Assembly (NCBI GenBank): GCA_036516635.1
Contig: DATECC010000024.1
Location: 1 to 30,631, forward strand
Reading direction: 5' to 3'
From: Minisyncoccota bacterium
GTDB taxonomy: Bacteria; Patescibacteriota; Minisyncoccia; Phycocordibacterales; JACOZG01
DNA: 30,631 bases
Each line of letters opens with the position of its first letter. Position 1 is the first letter of the stretch. The notes under the pieces are model-generated. The model had not been told where the DNA came from. It made no database searches and was given only the letters and a program-made list of their open reading frames with translations. Below are positions 1-6,603 of the stretch, piece by piece. A program made the translations under genes and the position numbers.

Positions 1-1
1 G

Positions 2-595
2 GAATTATGTCTGGCGGATTTAGAAACGGTCACGAAACGCCGCATCTCGCTCGCGAAAGAAATTAAACGCGGCGCGAAAGAGGCGCTGACGGAGGATAAA
101 TTATTGGGTGAGATTGAACAGGGATTGAAAACTGGTCAGTCAGCCAGTCTTTTTCCAACCGCGCCGACAAATTTACATTTATTAACAGCCAAACCGATGC
201 TTTATGTGCTAAATACCTCCGCCGCGGCGGAAACCGCCGCGTTGGATTTCAAAAAACAATTAACCGGACCGGCGGTTGAAATTGATCCGATTTTCGGCAC
301 CGGTCTGGATGATTTGATTGTCGCCAGTTATAAATTACTCGGGCTGATAACTTTTTTTACCACCGGCGCCGATGAGACGCGGGCCTGGACAATCCGCGCG
401 GGCGTGCCCGCGCCGGAGGCCGGTGCGGCGATCCATTCCGATTTCCGCGATCGGTTCATCAGAGCCGAAGTGATCGATTGGCAAGAATTACTCGCGGCCG
501 GTTCTTACGCCGCGGCGCGCGAGCGGGGATTGATTCGCACCGAAGGCCGCGACTACATCGTCAAAGACGGCGAGGTGATTGAGTTTAAGATTTGA
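2..595 (+). CDS. ychF: Redox-regulated Obg-family ATPase YchF, C-terminal part (5' end outside window)
   Basis: Frame is open from base 2 (ELCLADLETVTKR). It contains TAKPMLYVLN, LITFFTTGADETRAWTI, GAIHSDF, FIRAEV and GRDYIVKDGEVIEFKI, which match the YchF TGS-domain C-terminus. The track start at 104 is an internal TTG. Confidence 0.95.
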   Translation, partial: ELCLADLETVTKRRISLAKEIKRGAKEALTEDKLLGEIEQGLKTGQSASLFPTAPTNLHLLTAKPMLYVLNTSAAAETAALDFKKQLTGPAVEIDPIFGTGLDDLIVASYKLLGLITFFTTGADETRAWTIRAGVPAPEAGAAIHSDFRDRFIRAEVIDWQELLAAGSYAAARERGLIRTEGRDYIVKDGEVIEFKI

Positions 596-623
596 GCCAA
601 TAAAGAAACAATCAAGAAAAGTG

Positions 624-663
624 ATTATTCCATAATTCTACGATCGTAAAGATGTGGAATAAT
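624..663. repeat. 40-bp imperfect palindrome downstream of ychF
   Basis: ATTATTCCATAATTCTACGA|TCGTAAAGATGTGGAATAAT; 16 of 20 positions are Watson-Crick complementary. Confidence 0.8.
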
Positions 664-688
664 TAAAACAATGGCGACAAATGAGGTG

Positions 689-743
689 AAAATAAAAATA
701 ACAAAAATCCCCGCCCTAAACGCTGACACGTCGGGCGGGGATT
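689..743 (-). terminator. Probable intrinsic terminator of the 782-1378 gene
   Basis: Minus strand reads AATCCCCGCCC-N16-GGGCGGGGATT (11-bp perfect stem, 706-716/733-743), followed by TTTGTTATTTTTATTTT. It starts about 40 nt after the stop codon. Confidence 0.8.
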
Positions 744-781
744 GTTAAACACTCGGTATCTAACTGTCTAACAAAGAGCGA

Positions 782-1378
782 TTACGCGGTGAGTTCAGAC
801 TCAACCAAAGCAAAATACCGGTCCCATTTCTCGTCCACCAATTGAAAGGCAAGAAGGGCGGCGTGACTGTCTTTCAATTCCCGCCGCCGACAAGCCACAT
901 CTCCGTCCAACTCTTCCTGCAATCCTCGGTCTGTATTTTCCTTTGCTCGGCGCTCGGCTTCCAGTAATTTTCTGACCCGAATTTTCATATTCATCTCGGC
1001 GAGTTCTCGAAGTCCCTTCCAGTTTTCTTGGTACAGCATCTCCGGCGGCCAACTGGAAGGCATTCCAATTGCTAACTTTTCCAGCGCGCGGGTGAATTTT
1101 TCAGATTGACTAAATTTTATTCTTGCACGGGCAATGAAGATTGTCGCCAATCCGAACCAAATAAAAGCACTAATTATCCTAGCCACACTGAAGCAGATAA
1201 AGGTTGTGAGTATAAACACAAGCCCCACCGCCGTCGCCAACAGTGCCAGAAAAATGGGATATCTAACGGTTCTCCGAGTTAGTACCGGATCATAGCCATG
1301 CATCTCTTTCCATTTGCGCCGCAATAGAGTCGGCATTGCGCAATCCTTATCTAACTGTAAAAGATCAATCGCCATCAT
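782..1378 (-). CDS. Hypothetical membrane protein (two adjacent TM helices followed by a charged, probably coiled-coil region)
   Basis: 198-aa ORF with hydrophobic segments IFLALLATAVGLVFILTTFICF and IISAFIWFGLATIFIA. It has a GGAG 5 nt before the ATG, its own promoter and its own terminator. I recognise no family. Confidence 0.75.
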   Translation of the reverse strand: MMAIDLLQLDKDCAMPTLLRRKWKEMHGYDPVLTRRTVRYPIFLALLATAVGLVFILTTFICFSVARIISAFIWFGLATIFIARARIKFSQSEKFTRALEKLAIGMPSSWPPEMLYQENWKGLRELAEMNMKIRVRKLLEAERRAKENTDRGLQEELDGDVACRRRELKDSHAALLAFQLVDEKWDRYFALVESELTA

Positions 1379-1499
1379 AATGGCTCCAGCGGTTTCGGTT
1401 GCCGGAATGGGAGCTTCAGGACTCCACCCTAAATACCACTTCAGACGGCATCGGGCACCTCATTCCAGTCCGTAAAGGAAACCAACTTTACGAATTCTA
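1379..1499 (-). ncRNA. Candidate structured cis-regulatory 5' leader (hairpin plus three-way junction)
   Basis: Hand-folded pairings: 7-bp hairpin 1471-1492; P1 1402-1409/1461-1468; P2 1426-1456 with a UA bulge; P3 1410-1425. It matches no riboswitch class I can recall. Confidence 0.45.
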
Positions 1500-1505
1500 A
1501 TTATG

Positions 1506-1534
1506 ATTGTATATTATGAGTTAAATTTAGTCAA
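1506..1534 (-). promoter_or_regulatory. Sigma70-type promoter TTGACT-N17-TACAAT for the orphan gene
   Basis: Minus-strand -35 TTGACT (1534-1529) overlaps the last codons of pfkB. A 17-nt spacer leads to -10 TACAAT (1511-1506). Confidence 0.7.
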
Positions 1535-2525
1535 ATTTTCGCGGCTGATAATCCGCCGGCGCCACGGCCAGATATTTTTCCAATTGTTCGCGCGTTAAAA
1601 GTCCAGCCTGCGCGCCGATTTGCTGAACGACGGACATTGAGTTAATCGGCGCCCAAACGAAGGCTTCTTCCACACTTTTGCCAAGGGCGAGCGCGCTGAC
1701 GAAAGTGGCGGAAAAAGCGTCGCCGGCGCCGGTGCGTTCAAACGGCGGTTTCGGGTCGGGATAAGGGGGCATAAATAAAATCGTTTGGCCATCAGAAACA
1801 TACGCGCCGCGCGGTCCGTCGGTGATCACCACAATTTTCGGACCGAGCGCGTGCATTTTAGCGAGAAGGGTTTTTATTTCTCCGGTTTCAACTTTTAAAA
1901 TTTTTTGCGCTTCCGGTAAATTGCACAAAAAGATATTCGTTCGCCGATAAAGATCAGCCAAAATATCCGTGCCGAATTTAATTTGAAAAGTGCCAGGTTG
2001 GAAAGCGAGTTGAATTTGCGGCTGGGCGTTCAGATAAGTCGCCAACGATTGATGGTAGGGGAGAGAATGTTCGCCCAGCGAACTCAAATAAAGCCAGCGC
2101 GGCGCGTCGAGATCCGGTAGAACATACGGATACTCTTCGTGTTTGATTAAAATTGTGCGGTCGTCGGCGTACCACAAAACATAATGATAATTGGTGATGT
2201 GGCCGTCGTGGCGGCACACGAAACGCGTGTCCACTTTATTTTTCTCTAAAGTCGCAATGGCCTCTTGACCGTGATAATCTTTACCTAAATCGGTAACCAG
2301 CGCCGTGCGGAGGCCGAGCCGCGCCGCCGCCACGGCGGCGTTGGGACTGTTACCCACCGCCGGCACGACCGTCACCGACTCGTAAGGAATTTTCGCGCCG
2401 AAAGACAAACAAATTTCACAATGTTCGTGATTGATATCGCAATGCAATTCCGCATCTTTTAACCTAATGAAGGCGTCGGTAACAATGTCGCCGACGGTCA
2501 GAAAATCAAATTTTTCTTGTTCCAT
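1527..2525 (-). CDS. PfkB/ribokinase-family carbohydrate kinase
   Basis: Motifs GNSPNAAVAAARLG, VVITDGPRGA and ERTGAGDAF (PfkB anion-hole signature). ATG at 2525 is preferred over the TTG at 2534. Substrate cannot be assigned. Confidence 0.9.
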   Translation of the reverse strand: MEQEKFDFLTVGDIVTDAFIRLKDAELHCDINHEHCEICLSFGAKIPYESVTVVPAVGNSPNAAVAAARLGLRTALVTDLGKDYHGQEAIATLEKNKVDTRFVCRHDGHITNYHYVLWYADDRTILIKHEEYPYVLPDLDAPRWLYLSSLGEHSLPYHQSLATYLNAQPQIQLAFQPGTFQIKFGTDILADLYRRTNIFLCNLPEAQKILKVETGEIKTLLAKMHALGPKIVVITDGPRGAYVSDGQTILFMPPYPDPKPPFERTGAGDAFSATFVSALALGKSVEEAFVWAPINSMSVVQQIGAQAGLLTREQLEKYLAVAPADYQPRKFD

Positions 2526-2574
2526 AATTGACAATTGTATTATAACTCATTTTTTCGTGTTACAATACTGTCGT
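2526..2574. promoter_or_regulatory. Compact divergent promoter region (pfkB-like / fba)
   Basis: Plus strand has extended -10 TGT-TACAAT (2558-2566), 8 nt before the ATG at 2575. Minus strand has TATAAT (2544-2539), 13 nt before the ATG at 2525. Confidence 0.6.
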
Positions 2575-3462
2575 ATGCGGACGCTGAAAGAATGCATCGC
2601 TGAAGCCGAAGCCAAACACACCGCCATCGGCCATTTTAATGTTTCCAACATTGAAGGCGTTTGGGCGGTTGTTCACGCCGCACGGGAGTTGGCTGTGCCG
2701 GTGATTATCGGCGTGTCGGAAGGCGAACGGGATTTCATCGGTGTCCGACAGATCGCCGCCCTGATTAAAGGTCTGCGCGAAGAACGGCAACAGCCGCTTT
2801 TTCTTAACGCCGACCACACTTATTCTTTTGATCGGATCAAGGAAGCCGTGGAAGCCGGTTTTGACGCCGTGATTTTTGACGGGAGTAAATTAACGCCGGC
2901 AGAAAATATTATTGAAACCAAGAAATGCGTGGATTATGTTCGGAAATTTTCCGCTGCCGCGGGAACGGAAATTATTGTTGAGGGCGAACTCGGTTACATC
3001 GGCACTTCGTCCAAGTTGTTGGAGGCGGTACCGCCGGATATTAATCTGGGCGCCGAGGCCTTGGTCAAACCGGAACAGGCGGCCGAGTTTGTCCGTCAAA
3101 CCGGCGTCCAATTATTCGCGCCGGCCGTCGGCAATATTCACGGGATGTTGAAAGAGCAAACCGATCCGGCCCTGGATATCGCGCGGATTAAACTGATCCG
3201 CGAAGCCGCCGGCGTGCCGCTGGTTCTGCACGGCGCCTCCGGCAACACCGATGATGATTTGCGGCGGGCGATCGCCGCCGGCGTCACGGTCATCCATATC
3301 AGCACCGAACTCCGCGTTGCCTACCGCGACGCCCTGAAACGCTCGCTCCAGGAAAATCCTGAAGAAGTAGCGCCGTATAAGATTCTAAAACCGGCGCTGT
3401 TGGCGATGCAAAAAGTAGTTGAAAATAAATTAAAAATATTCAATAATCTGACCAATGATTAA
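2575..3462 (+). CDS. fba: Class II fructose-bisphosphate aldolase family protein
   Basis: Motifs AIGHFNV, LNADH, AVIFDGS, VEGELGYIG, APAVGNIHG and VPLVLHGASG (Zn-binding class II aldolase). Start is ATG 2575 (MRTLKE). Confidence 0.93.
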   Translation: MRTLKECIAEAEAKHTAIGHFNVSNIEGVWAVVHAARELAVPVIIGVSEGERDFIGVRQIAALIKGLREERQQPLFLNADHTYSFDRIKEAVEAGFDAVIFDGSKLTPAENIIETKKCVDYVRKFSAAAGTEIIVEGELGYIGTSSKLLEAVPPDINLGAEALVKPEQAAEFVRQTGVQLFAPAVGNIHGMLKEQTDPALDIARIKLIREAAGVPLVLHGASGNTDDDLRRAIAAGVTVIHISTELRVAYRDALKRSLQENPEEVAPYKILKPALLAMQKVVENKLKIFNNLTND

Positions 3463-3685
3463 GAATTCGTCGTTTCGTCTGGCCGCCGCCCTGCTGGGTT
3501 TGGTGATAATTATTTTGCCGTGGCTGGGCTTGCCCGATAAATTCAAAACCGTCTTATTCGTCCTTCTCGGTCTGTTGATCATTTTATTTTCTCTGGCCGA
3601 AATCAGCAATCGGGAAATTGATCGACCGGCAACCGCCGGAAAGAATATTCATGAGGGCGGAAAATCGGACGATCGCGCGGTTTAA
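3455..3685 (+). CDS. Small two-TM membrane protein
   Basis: 76 aa with two hydrophobic helices. The start overlaps the fba stop (ATGATTAA), suggesting translational coupling. Confidence 0.7.
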   Translation: MIKNSSFRLAAALLGLVIIILPWLGLPDKFKTVLFVLLGLLIILFSLAEISNREIDRPATAGKNIHEGGKSDDRAV

Positions 3686-4853
3686 TCGATGGTTGATGCT
3701 GGCGGGGATTGCCACCGGCGCTGTTTTTATCGCCACGACCGCCAGTTTATTTGCCGGGACCGGCCGCTGGCGGCCATTTGACAATTCGCCGCCGGTCGCC
3801 GCTTTAGAATTGGCCTCCACCACGCCGCCGGTTTTTGTCGTCACTCATTTACCAACTCCCGAATCAGTGCGGGCGATTTATTTGACCAGTTGGGTGGCGG
3901 GCACGGTGCCGCGTCGCGCCGAATTGGTCAAATTGATTGACGAAACGGAGTTGAACGCGGTGGTGATTGACATTAAAGATTACACCGGCCGAATCGCTTT
4001 TGCCGTTGACGATCCGCTTTTGATCGCTGGCGGCGCAGTGGAAAACCGAATTCCCGACATTAGAGAATTTATTGGCGAACTCCACGCGCGCGGGATTTAT
4101 GTGATCGGCCGGATCTCGGTTTTTCAAGATGTTTTTCTCGCTAAGGCGCGACCGGAGCTGGCAGTCACGCGGCGCTCGGACGGCGCCGTCTGGCGCGACC
4201 GCAAGGGGATTGCCTGGTTGGAACCGGGCGCGACCGAAGTTTGGGATTACATCGTGCGTCTGGCGCGGGCCGCCTACGCGGTTGGTTTTGACGAGCTTAA
4301 TTTTGATTACATCCGTTTTCCGTCCGACGGCGAAATGAAAGATATCGCTTATCGTTTTTCTGATTTGACCGTTGAAACCAGAGTTTCCGTTTTGAAAAAA
4401 TTCTTCGCTTATTTACAACAAGAATTGAGCGCGCTCGACGCGCCGCGATCTATCGATTTATTCGGTTTGACCACCACCGCGTTTGACGATTTAGGCATCG
4501 GCCAGGTCCTGATGGAGGCGGCGCCTTATTTTGATTATCTGGCGCCGATGGTTTATCCGTCGCATTTCGCCGCCGGCTTTTTGAATTTTAGCAATCCGGC
4601 AGACCATCCGTACGAAGTGGTTAAACATTCGCTGATCGTAGCCGGCACGCGCTTGACGGCCGCCAGTTCCACCGCCAGCAAACTGCGCCCGTGGCTGCAG
4701 GATTTTGACTTGGGGGCGGATTACACGGCGGCGCTGGTTCGGGCGCAAATTCAGGCCGCGGCCGAAGCCGGCCTCACTTCATGGATGCTCTGGAGTCCGT
4801 CCAATCGCTATACACGCGCGGCGCTTGACTCCATTAAAGGGTCTGACCTCTAA
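3651..4853 (+). CDS. Membrane-anchored putative glycoside hydrolase (DUF4015-like TIM barrel)
   Basis: N-terminal TM segment, then VRAIYLT, ELNAVVIDIKD, GIYVIGRISVFQD, GFDELNFDYIRFP, APMVYPSHF and LRPWLQDF. ATG 3651 is preferred. Confidence 0.8.
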   Translation: MRAENRTIARFNRWLMLAGIATGAVFIATTASLFAGTGRWRPFDNSPPVAALELASTTPPVFVVTHLPTPESVRAIYLTSWVAGTVPRRAELVKLIDETELNAVVIDIKDYTGRIAFAVDDPLLIAGGAVENRIPDIREFIGELHARGIYVIGRISVFQDVFLAKARPELAVTRRSDGAVWRDRKGIAWLEPGATEVWDYIVRLARAAYAVGFDELNFDYIRFPSDGEMKDIAYRFSDLTVETRVSVLKKFFAYLQQELSALDAPRSIDLFGLTTTAFDDLGIGQVLMEAAPYFDYLAPMVYPSHFAAGFLNFSNPADHPYEVVKHSLIVAGTRLTAASSTASKLRPWLQDFDLGADYTAALVRAQIQAAAEAGLTSWMLWSPSNRYTRAALDSIKGSDL

Positions 4854-4862
4854 TGGGGCGGT

Positions 4863-4892
4863 TTGACACCAAACCAATAATATGCATATAAT
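4863..4892 (+). promoter_or_regulatory. Consensus sigma70 promoter TTGACA-N18-TATAAT
   Basis: Both hexamers are exact consensus (4863-4868 and 4887-4892). It lies about 130 nt upstream of the next gene start. Confidence 0.7.
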
Positions 4893-5007
4893 ATAAAAGT
4901 TTTTTGGGTTATTCCAGGTACTCATCTTGGGCCCAAAGAAGGATAAAGTTCTTTGTTGTGAAAGAAAACTGTAGGTGAATATGCGGGCGGCCATTAGTTG
5001 ATTGATG

Positions 5008-5013
5008 TATAAT
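5008..5013 (+). promoter_or_regulatory. -10 box for a near-leaderless transcript of the VirD4-like gene
   Basis: TATAAT lies 9 nt before ATG 5023. There is no SD and no clear -35. Confidence 0.5.
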
Positions 5014-5022
5014 ATAGTCGCT

Positions 5023-6603
5023 ATGCCCGAAGAAACGAACCAGGAAGTAACCTATTTCGCCGAGACGGATTTTCGCGGCCGGCGGACAAAATTCGGCATC
5101 AAAAGCGAAGACCGCGCACGGCATCTTTATGTCATCGGTAAAACCGGCATGGGAAAATCCACCCTGTTGGAAAATCTGGCCATCCAGGACATTCAGAACG
5201 GCCGCGGTTTGGCTTTTGTTGACCCGCACGGCGCGACGGCGGAAAAACTGCTGGATTATGTGCCGCCGGCGCGGTTGAAAGATGTCATTTACTTCGCCCC
5301 TTTTGATTTGGAGTATCCGATCTCGTTCAATGTGATGGAGGATGTCGGGCCGGATCAGCGGCACTTGGTAGTGAACGGCCTGATGAGCACTTTTAAAAAA
5401 ATTTGGGGGCCGGAATCATGGTCGGACCGGATGGCTTACATTCTGACCAACATTCTATTGGCGCTTCTGGGATATCCCGGCTCAACTCTGCTTGGCGTCA
5501 ATCGAATGATCGCCGACAAAGATTTCCGAAAAAAAGTGGTGGATAATGTTACCGATCCGAGCGTCAAAGCTTATTGGACCGACGAATTCGCCAAATACAC
5601 CGAACGATTTGCCGCCGAAGCGGTGCCGGCGATCCAGAACAAAATCGGCCAGTTCACTTCCAATCCGTTGATCCGGAACATTATTGGCCAGCCGGTTTCG
5701 TCGTTTGATTTCCGGCGGGTGATGGACGACCGGAAAATTTTTATCGCCAATTTATCCAAAGGCCGGATCGGCGAAGGCAACGCCAACCTGATCGGGGCCA
5801 TGCTGATCACCAAACTTTATTTGACAGCGATGTCGCGGGCCAATCTCTCCGGTCCGGAATTGCGGATTTTGCCGCCGTTCTATCTTTTTGTGGATGAGTT
5901 CCAATCGTTTGCCAACGAATCGTTCGCCAATATCCTATCCGAAGCGCGCAAGTACAAGTTATCATTAATCATCGCCCACCAATATATTGAACAAATGGCC
6001 GAAGAGGTGCGCGCGGCGGTGTTCGGCAATGTCGGCACGATCGTCGCTTTTCGCGTCGGACCGTTTGATGCTGAAGTGTTGGAGAAAATTTTCTTCCCGA
6101 CTTTCACTCAAGAAGATCTGGTTAATCTCGGCTTTGCTCAAACTTATTTGACTTTGATGATCGACGGCGTCGGTTCGCCGCCGTTTTCCGCCCTGACTCT
6201 GCCGCCAATCCCGCTCCTGCAGGACTCGCCGAAAAATCAAATTATTGAATATTCGCGAAACCACTACGCCCGGCCGCGCGGGAAAGTGGAAACCGAAATC
6301 GTTGACTGGCACAAAAGTCAATCGGCGGCGCGGCCGACAACAGCAACGGCGCCGCCGGCCGAACCAATCAGAAAAAGAGAAGAAAAACCGATGATGCCGC
6401 TTGATGTTTTGAAAAACCGCCCGCCGGCGGACAAAAAATTTTTAAGTCTAACGGAAAAAGAGAAAACCAAGGAAGAATTGCGACAATCGCTCAAAATAAT
6501 TATGGAAAAGAAAACGGCGCCGCTTCATCAGCCGCCGCCATTGGACGCCGTAAAAAACGAAGTGCCGCGCGCCGTGCTAGAGAAGATTTTACATCAAGGA
6601 TAA
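5023..6603 (+). CDS. VirD4/TrwB-like (type IV coupling-protein family) P-loop ATPase, soluble form with a Pro/Lys-rich tail
   Basis: Walker A GKTGMGKS, AFVDPHG, Walker B LFVDEFQ and SEARKY...IAHQY. There is no N-terminal TM. ATG 5023 (MPEETN) is preferred over TTG 5002. Confidence 0.85.
   Translation: MPEETNQEVTYFAETDFRGRRTKFGIKSEDRARHLYVIGKTGMGKSTLLENLAIQDIQNGRGLAFVDPHGATAEKLLDYVPPARLKDVIYFAPFDLEYPISFNVMEDVGPDQRHLVVNGLMSTFKKIWGPESWSDRMAYILTNILLALLGYPGSTLLGVNRMIADKDFRKKVVDNVTDPSVKAYWTDEFAKYTERFAAEAVPAIQNKIGQFTSNPLIRNIIGQPVSSFDFRRVMDDRKIFIANLSKGRIGEGNANLIGAMLITKLYLTAMSRANLSGPELRILPPFYLFVDEFQSFANESFANILSEARKYKLSLIIAHQYIEQMAEEVRAAVFGNVGTIVAFRVGPFDAEVLEKIFFPTFTQEDLVNLGFAQTYLTLMIDGVGSPPFSALTLPPIPLLQDSPKNQIIEYSRNHYARPRGKVETEIVDWHKSQSAARPTTATAPPAEPIRKREEKPMMPLDVLKNRPPADKKFLSLTEKEKTKEELRQSLKIIMEKKTAPLHQPPPLDAVKNEVPRAVLEKILHQG

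Noticed and set aside
219-240. Overlapping GC-rich palindromes in ychF (CCGCCGCGGCGG; GCGGCGG-AAA-CCGCCGC)
   Set aside because: Explained by runs of Ala codons (GCC/GCG) in GC-rich sequence. The stems are short.
625-729. 34-codon hydrophobic minus-strand ORF (GTG start; VSAFRAGIFVIFIFTSFVAIVLIIPHLYDRRIME)
   Set aside because: It starts inside the terminator stem and runs through its U-tract. T-rich DNA yields hydrophobic codons by default, and there is no RBS or promoter.
700-781. Integron attC-like words (RYYYAAC: ATCTAAC, GTCTAAC; GTTRRRY: GTTAAAC) near the orphan gene
   Set aside because: Order and orientation relative to the gene do not fit an attC. There is no L-box/spacer geometry, no second cassette and no integrase.
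1440-1451. Exact 12-mer Neisseria DNA uptake sequence (ATGCCGTCTGAA) on the minus strand
   Set aside because: It is a single copy in 30 kb (only a 9-of-10 match near 12887-12895 otherwise), whereas DUS-using genomes carry many per 30 kb. It is better explained as part of the P2 hairpin and was noticed post hoc.
5023-6603. Conjugative element or ICE
   Set aside because: There is only one coupling-protein-like gene, with no relaxase, VirB genes, integrase or att repeats.
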